The notes under the pieces: generated by a model
What the model was told of the DNA's origin: nothing
Seen by the model: the letters and a program-made list of their open reading frames with translations, nothing else
Databases searched by the model: none
NCBI GenBank assembly: GCA_963933835.1
Contig: CAWVVV010000005.1
Coordinates: 32,001-96,000, forward strand
Reading direction: 5' to 3'
DNA length: 64,000 nucleotides
From: an uncultured Puniceicoccaceae bacterium
GTDB lineage: Bacteria > Verrucomicrobiota > Verrucomicrobiia > Opitutales > Oceanipulchritudinaceae
Translations under genes and position numbers: made by a program
Part shown: piece by piece, positions 58,280-64,000 of the stretch
Numbering within the stretch: the stretch's first letter is position 1
Layout of the letters: every line of letters begins with the position of its first letter

Positions 58280-58993
58280 GGCGTTGGCTCTTGGGCGGTC
58301 GAAGCCTTAGCGCGCTCCGGCATTGGAACACTTCAGCTCGTCGATTTCGATGAGGCCTGTGTGAGCAATATAAACCGCCAAATCCACGCCCTCACCTCCA
58401 CGGTCGGCAAGGCCAAGGCCGACATTCTAGAGGAACGTTGTCGGGAAATTAATCCCGAGATTAAAATCATCAAACGTATCCAGTTTTTCACTCCCAAAAC
58501 GAGTGATGAGATCTTTGAGCTCAAGCCAGACGTCGTTGTCGATGCCATCGATGATCGCCACAATAAAGTCCACCTCATCGCTGAGTGTCGCAAACGGTGG
58601 ATAAAGCTCGTCACTTGTGGAGGCGCAGGCGGACGGCTCGACCCGAGTTTGATCCAAGTCGCTGATATTGCGCGAACGATCGACGACCCTCTCCTTACCG
58701 TCGTGCGCAAAGAACTCCGCACCCACCACAATTTCCCACGCGAACGACGCCGCAAATGGAACATCCCCTGCGTCTTCTCAACCGAGCCGCACACCTATCC
58801 GCAGTCAGACGGGAGCGTGTGTAAAGAACGTGATGACGGCTCAGACTTAACCCTGAACTGTGAGAGCGGATTTGGCACCTCGACGCATGTCACCGGAATC
58901 TTCGGCTTCATGATGGCAGCTGAGGCACTCAAACTATGCCCCGACCGAGTCGCGAAGAAAGAAGCGCTCGAAGTTGTCGAAGACTTGGGTTAG
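58280..58993 (+). pseudogene. tcdA: tRNA t6A dehydratase TcdA (ThiF family), 5'-truncated
   Basis: Reads GVGSWAVEALARSGIG...VDFD...SNINRQ from the base right after the mutS stop. There is no start codon, and the N-terminus up to the first half of GxGxxG is missing. Confidence 0.8.
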
Positions 58994-59755
58994 AACCTCT
59001 TCTTCGGAGAGACCAAAAAACTCGCGCACATAGATGTAGGTCGCGAGCAGGTTAGCGGGATGACAGAGTTCCTTCCCCGTCTTTGGGTCTTCCAAAAAAG
59101 CAACTTTGTGTGACGGTGGCGGAAGCATCCCCGGCGCGTCGGTCTCGATCAGAAGGCGATCGATCGGGACGGCTTTCAAGGCCTCTTGATACTTCGTTTT
59201 ACGGGGATTAGCGAAAGGGCCAGAGGCCGAAAAATAGCCACCCATCTCCGCCAGTTCCACGACTAACTCAGGTGATGCACCGACCGAGTGTATTAAAAAC
59301 CCACGACGCGGCAGTTCCACTTCGCGCAGGATTTCCATCAGAGGACCCCACGCTCTCAGACAGTGAATCATGACAGGCAGATCACGTTCTGTAGCCAATG
59401 CCAATTGACGACGAAAGGCATCCTCCTGTTTCTCTATATCAGGATTCTCGATCCATCGATCGAGTCCAATTTCGCCCATCCCGACGGGGCCTTTGGCGGA
59501 CTCAACAAACACCTCCAATTTCTCAAACCAACCATCCTCGACCGCTTGCACCTTCCATGGATGGAGGCCAAAGCTCGGAACGATAACCTCAGGGAAGGCC
59601 ACCGCCAAAAGCTCAACATCCCTCCAATCATCCGGCGCAGTTCCGTTAACGACCATGTATTGCAGACCCATTTTGACGAGTTCGCTCAGCAAAGCACCAC
59701 GCTGCAGGTCATCAAAGAGAGGATCCTGAAAGTGATTGTGCGCGTCGCAAAACAT
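58934..59755 (-). CDS. tatD: TatD family hydrolase
   Basis: DAHNH, GLHPW, GEIGLD, IHC and LLIETDAP. Confidence 0.9.
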   Translation of the reverse strand: MFCDAHNHFQDPLFDDLQRGALLSELVKMGLQYMVVNGTAPDDWRDVELLAVAFPEVIVPSFGLHPWKVQAVEDGWFEKLEVFVESAKGPVGMGEIGLDRWIENPDIEKQEDAFRRQLALATERDLPVMIHCLRAWGPLMEILREVELPRRGFLIHSVGASPELVVELAEMGGYFSASGPFANPRKTKYQEALKAVPIDRLLIETDAPGMLPPPSHKVAFLEDPKTGKELCHPANLLATYIYVREFFGLSEEEVLTQVFDNFERFFLRDSVGA

Positions 59756-59758
59756 TAA

Positions 59759-60616
59759 CTACGCAATCCAAGCAAGGATGAGGAACTGGAACAAAATCAG
59801 GCAGTCACCAATGAGACTCCTGAGCTCATTTGGCCAGGTGACCGTTAGCTGCGTAACGAGACTGAAACCAAAAACACCGAAAAGCAGGCTCGCATAGGCA
59901 TCGATACCCAACGGCCAACCGATCGCAGCAATGACCAGGGGGGCTCCCCATCGAATCCAAAACGCCGCGAAACTGCCTATTCGAATCCGGCGTCCCTCAA
60001 GTAGAATCAGCTCCCACGATGCAAAGACGGCAAACAGACCCAACAAAGTGAGCATTCTCAGGTCCGGCCAATCTCCATTGCCCCAACCGAACCACCACCA
60101 AAGACCACTTGCCGCGAGTAGAAGAGACACCCCAAAACGCTTGAAAAGTCGCGGGCCGTCTCTGCTCGTCCGTTTACGACGGGAGACACCGAAGACGTAG
60201 AAGGCGGCACCGCCGGCAAAAGCAAGGCCGGTCAGAAGCGTATTTGTCGGGAGCGATAGCCACCCGAGGACGACTGAAAGAAGCAGAACCAATACCCAGG
60301 TAGCTTGAAGGGGCTTACGATGCTGACGGTGAAAGTGATGGCGAAGGGTTGACGCGAGGCTTTGCCGCTTCGGGCTAACATCCTTTAAGCGGTCAGCAGT
60401 GTAACCAAGCCAGATTCCCATTCCCAGAAGCAGATAAGCTAGCCCGGGCAGCTCAACATCCGCCCAAATTTTCAAGCACAGCTGGTAGGACAATAAGACC
60501 GCAACTGCATCGAGTGAGAGGCAGTGCATGACGAGAAGAAGCGCCAAAACAGAAGACGTAACGAGGCGAAATCCCCCCGAAATCCATCCACCCGACTGTC
60601 GTTTCATCATCTGCAC
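59759..60616 (-). CDS. Polytopic membrane protein, possibly UbiA-like
   Basis: About eight hydrophobic segments; LSLDAVAV and YTADRLKD...RHHFH motifs. Confidence 0.55.
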   Translation of the reverse strand: MQMMKRQSGGWISGGFRLVTSSVLALLLVMHCLSLDAVAVLLSYQLCLKIWADVELPGLAYLLLGMGIWLGYTADRLKDVSPKRQSLASTLRHHFHRQHRKPLQATWVLVLLLSVVLGWLSLPTNTLLTGLAFAGGAAFYVFGVSRRKRTSRDGPRLFKRFGVSLLLAASGLWWWFGWGNGDWPDLRMLTLLGLFAVFASWELILLEGRRIRIGSFAAFWIRWGAPLVIAAIGWPLGIDAYASLLFGVFGFSLVTQLTVTWPNELRSLIGDCLILFQFLILAWIA

Positions 60617-60718
60617 TCTCCTATACAGTCAACAAATTCACCGAATGGCTCGAAAAAACTTCATCAATTATCCGAGCGAATGTTGCCAAGGTTTAGCACT
60701 CAGCTTACCGCTCATTAG

Positions 60719-61510
60719 ATGCGACTATATTTGATGTTGGGATTTGTATTGGGAGTAGGCTCGGGCATCGGGCTTACAACGATGCTAATTCCAGACCTCG
60801 ATGAGGGCAATCAGCGTAATCCACAAGCGACCAGGCCTGTAGCGCCATCAGAGGACAAAGCACTCGTCAGAAGCCTCCAAGGCGCCCTCTCAGCCGTCGA
60901 AAGCACCCTGAAAAATGAAGTGGAGAAAAGTGCCGCGCTCGACGAAGAACTCGCTCAGCTGAAAGGACGCCTCGCAGTAGAGCTAGCGGAAAACGAAGAG
61001 CGGCTCAATGCCCGGATGGCGAAAGACGCCGAGGCCGTTTCGAAGAGTCCATCGCGAACAGATCGCAACGCCGACTCGAAGCGCTTTAAGCGCGTGACTA
61101 ACCTCCGGCCTGACCAAGCCATTGCCCTCGAAAGTCTGATGGAGCAATACAACGCCAACCAAATCGCGCTCCGCGAGGCCCGAGCGAACGGCACTGTGCC
61201 TCCGCCAGAAATCAACCTCGACCAACTCCTCTCAAGCATCCTTGACGACGAGCAAGTGGCAGCGGTCGAAGATTATCACAGCGAGATCCGACAGGGTCGC
61301 GATGAGACACGCGCAACCGCTCGAATGAACCGCATAGCCCCTTCCCTCGGACTGAACGAAGAACAAAAAGATGCTGTATTTGGAGTCTACTACACAAGCA
61401 TCAGCAACAACACCGAAATCGCAGCGTCAAACGAAACGCTGGCAAGCCAGATGCGCCAAATCCTTACGCCAGAGCAGTTCAAGGACTGGCAAGAGCTGAA
61501 CGCAGAATGA
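60719..61510 (+). CDS. Hypothetical exported coiled-coil protein
   Basis: N-terminal hydrophobic anchor and coiled coil; Spy/CpxP-like L(N/T)xxQ motifs (LGLNEEQ, ILTPEQF). Confidence 0.7.
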   Translation: MRLYLMLGFVLGVGSGIGLTTMLIPDLDEGNQRNPQATRPVAPSEDKALVRSLQGALSAVESTLKNEVEKSAALDEELAQLKGRLAVELAENEERLNARMAKDAEAVSKSPSRTDRNADSKRFKRVTNLRPDQAIALESLMEQYNANQIALREARANGTVPPPEINLDQLLSSILDDEQVAAVEDYHSEIRQGRDETRATARMNRIAPSLGLNEEQKDAVFGVYYTSISNNTEIAASNETLASQMRQILTPEQFKDWQELNAE

Positions 61511-61538
61511 GCCGTTTCGACAGCTTCATCTAACTTGA

Positions 61539-61859
61539 TTAAGGCAGTTTCCAAGCCCATCGATTAAGCACCCCTGCGACGTCACCTCGTGCGAGCTGAA
61601 GCCAGATCTTTAGCGCTTCATCTTTACCCTTAAGCGGTAAAACCTTCAGCGAAACATCATCCACCCTAAGCCTTTCCAACACTGCGATCCGGCGGTTGTT
61701 GATCGTTACGGCCCATCCACTCACATGGATGAGGCTGACGTCTGGGAAGTCCGCATCATCCGCTTCACCAAGCGAATCAAGCACGCCCTCAATCCCTTTC
61801 TCATCAGGGCAAATCAGCGTCGTCCCGGAAGCATCTGTTGTGTGGTAGGTTGCGCGCAC
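61539..61859 (-). CDS. Hypothetical protein
   Basis: 106-aa ORF filling the gap downstream of the YgjP-like gene, in the same orientation. Confidence 0.6.
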   Translation of the reverse strand: MRATYHTTDASGTTLICPDEKGIEGVLDSLGEADDADFPDVSLIHVSGWAVTINNRRIAVLERLRVDDVSLKVLPLKGKDEALKIWLQLARGDVAGVLNRWAWKLP

Positions 61860-61920
61860 GTCTATCCTAGATCAACGAATTTGCCAGGGTCTTCAAGTCA
61901 CATTCCCCATACACATGAAA

Positions 61921-62667
61921 CTAAGCCTCTATCGTTCGGCCTAGTCCCATGAGGGTATGATACTGATTCGTTATGGCCGCGTCGTGCGCCTCATATTCTG
62001 GGTCAAAAACCGAAACCTGATGCCAGAAATCAGGCGAATGATTCATTTGAACTAGATGCGATAACTCGTGCCAGATGAGGTAGTCGTGGTGCGCCGCCGG
62101 CAGCAGTACCATCCGCCAATTGAAAGACAAAGTCCCGCGCTCGGAGCACGAACCCCACCGGGAGCGCTGGTCACGCACACTGATGCGCGAAAAATTCAGG
62201 CCATGTCTGCGAGCAAAATCAGTCGCCTGCAGAGGGATTACCTCACCCGCAAAGGCCCTTAGACTTCTCAATAGAATCGTATCGCAAGATTCCTCCGCGA
62301 GCGCGTTTAGAACGACTTTACCTTCTTCGCCCTTAAATTCAAAGCCCCCCCTTGAAGCCTCACGAAGCGTCACCTCTTGCTCGCGCCCGAGGGCTGAAAG
62401 CATCGGGTGCTCAGTCAGATACTCATAGAGCGAAATCTTCGGCTCTACTTTCTCCAAAGTGGTGGCGATCCAATCCTTTTGCTCGTCCAGAAAGGCCACC
62501 GCGTTTTCCCGTGATACGCCGTAAGGAATATTCAATACAACGTCTCCAGAGCTATTCACGGTCACCTTTAGGTAGCGCATACCACGACTCTGATTAACCT
62601 TAATCTCCAAGGGATCAACGCGCGTCGCCACCTTCAAGGCCAAATGATTGTTCTCACTATTGGGCAT
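61921..62667 (-). CDS. YgjP/DUF45 family metal-dependent hydrolase
   Basis: RDQRSRWGSCS, FNWR and DYLIWHELSHLVQMNHSPDFW. Confidence 0.9.
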   Translation of the reverse strand: MPNSENNHLALKVATRVDPLEIKVNQSRGMRYLKVTVNSSGDVVLNIPYGVSRENAVAFLDEQKDWIATTLEKVEPKISLYEYLTEHPMLSALGREQEVTLREASRGGFEFKGEEGKVVLNALAEESCDTILLRSLRAFAGEVIPLQATDFARRHGLNFSRISVRDQRSRWGSCSERGTLSFNWRMVLLPAAHHDYLIWHELSHLVQMNHSPDFWHQVSVFDPEYEAHDAAITNQYHTLMGLGRTIEA

Positions 62668-63310
62668 CTTCGATTTGTTGTCTGAGTTTGAGCGTGTAGC
62701 GTCGAAGGGATGCTTCTGGGTCTAGCTTGGCGGATTGTGCCGCAGCGGCCATAGAGAAAAGTGCTTCTCCGAGTTCGTCCTCGGTGATATCTGACGTTCC
62801 CTCGGCGGACTCTGCTAACCCGTCGGGCAGGTGCGTATCCAGTTTCTCGCGACAGATGTGCTTATAGGTATCGCTTGCGAAGAGAAGCGATGAGAGGCGC
62901 GGCGGCAACGGTTTTAGGCGCGTAGCCTGAGCCGGCTTACCTTTTTTCTCTTCAGCCTTAATCTTCTCCCAGTTGACGAGCACTGCGTCGGAATCTTTGA
63001 GATCGAGGTCACCAAAGACATGAGGATGTCGCCGAACGAGCTTCTCGTTGATTTCAGCCGCGACATCGTCGAAATTAAAATGTCCCGCTTCGGATGCCAG
63101 CTCGGCATGAAAGACAACCTGAAGGAGGACGTCACCGAGTTCCTCACGCATCAAAGGCATATCATTGTTGTCGATCGCCTCAAGCAGCTCCGCTGTCTCT
63201 TCAATCAACGACTCAGTCAACGTCTGGTGAGTTTGCTCCTGATCCCAGGGGCAACCACCGGGGGCTCGCAAGCGTTTCATTGTTGCTCTTAATTCTTGAA
63301 TCGATTCCAC
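62657..63310 (-). CDS. mazG: MazG family nucleoside triphosphate pyrophosphohydrolase
   Basis: LRAPGGCPWD, EELGDVLLQVVFH, RRHPHVF and NWEKIK; the second domain is degenerate. Confidence 0.92.
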   Translation of the reverse strand: MESIQELRATMKRLRAPGGCPWDQEQTHQTLTESLIEETAELLEAIDNNDMPLMREELGDVLLQVVFHAELASEAGHFNFDDVAAEINEKLVRRHPHVFGDLDLKDSDAVLVNWEKIKAEEKKGKPAQATRLKPLPPRLSSLLFASDTYKHICREKLDTHLPDGLAESAEGTSDITEDELGEALFSMAAAAQSAKLDPEASLRRYTLKLRQQIEDAQ

Positions 63311-63381
63311 CCCTTCTAGAGGGTGATTTATTCGCTACATGGCAACTCCTTGAGTGAGTTTCGCCCTTCTATCTGACTCAA

Positions 63382-64000
63382 ATGGACAAACTTTCTGAAA
63401 TCATGGCGTGGAAACGTCAGGAACTCGCACCTCGCTTGCGCCCTGTCCGCGACAGTGAGCTCGCCGCCTTTTCCTCCAAAAGCCGCAACGGCATGTCCTT
63501 CGCTGCGGCCTTAAAACGTGACAGCGGCCTTTCCGTGATATCTGAGATAAAGCGTCGTTCGCCCTCGGCTGGAGCCATTGCAGAGAACATCAGCGCCCCA
63601 GAGCAGGCCCGGACATACTACAATGCCGGCGCCGATGCGATGTCTGTCCTGACGGATGAAAAGTTCTTTGGTGGAACGATGCAGGATCTTTGGGATGTGA
63701 ACGACCTCCTCGCTCCACGCGAAGATGCCCGCCCAACGCTGCGGAAGGACTTTTTTATTCACCCCCTGCAAGTCCTTGAGGCAGCCGAAGCCGGAGCCAG
63801 CGCGATCCTCATCATCGTCCGGGCGCTCACCGATGAGGAAATCAAAACTCTTTTCAACGCCGCCAAGCTTGCTGGGATCGATGCGCTCTTCGAAGTGCAC
63901 TCCCTCCCCGAGCTCGAGCGCGCGGTGAACAGCGATGCCAAGATCATCGGGGTGAACAACCGAGACCTCTCCCGCTTTGTCACTGACCTCAAGTTCTCTG
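63382..64000 (+). CDS. trpC: Indole-3-glycerol phosphate synthase (partial, runs off the window)
   Basis: Manual translation: ISEIKRRSPSAG, SVLTDEKFFGG, LRKDF, FEVH, IIGVNNRDL. Confidence 0.95.
   Translation, partial: MDKLSEIMAWKRQELAPRLRPVRDSELAAFSSKSRNGMSFAAALKRDSGLSVISEIKRRSPSAGAIAENISAPEQARTYYNAGADAMSVLTDEKFFGGTMQDLWDVNDLLAPREDARPTLRKDFFIHPLQVLEAAEAGASAILIIVRALTDEEIKTLFNAAKLAGIDALFEVHSLPELERAVNSDAKIIGVNNRDLSRFVTDLKFS

Noticed and set aside
58934..58993. 60-bp convergent overlap of tcdA and tatD
   Set aside because: Short tail-to-tail overlaps are common and there is no further signal.
63511..63992. Minus-strand ORFs at the window end
   Set aside because: They are antisense to trpC, which the ORF track omitted because it lacks a stop inside the window.

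Overview
Core-genome window from a bacterium most consistent with Verrucomicrobiota (Opitutales-like). This is inferred from the PEP-CTERM protein, divergent FtsZ, LysM gene inside the dcw cluster, DUF2851-type gene and overall gene order. Contents in order: lipB-lipA; a long minus-strand run (fabD, lepA, lepB, sppA, sufT-like, xerC, M48 peptidase, EEP pseudogene, dgkA); split Pta; CCA enzyme; nadA; prmC/prfA; gnd; a 15-gene dcw cluster with MraZ boxes; tlyA-nadK; rpmF-plsX-fabH-bamD-lptE; a PL6 lyase; ppaC; mutS; tatD; mazG; partial trpC. I found no rRNA, tRNA, CRISPR array, prophage or IS element. The main signals are: (1) the dcw cluster lacks both murC and murD, with clean junctions; (2) many non-essential genes are disabled (EEP, DUF885, a cheA relic, DUF2851, PEP-CTERM, 5'-truncated tcdA, probably PL6) while essential genes look intact, suggesting ongoing genome erosion; (3) strand-skewed degenerate hexamer arrays occur as an inverted intergenic pair and as an in-frame insert in murF; (4) FtsZ has Lys in place of the catalytic T7-loop Asp. 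All calls come from motif reading by eye, with no database searches.
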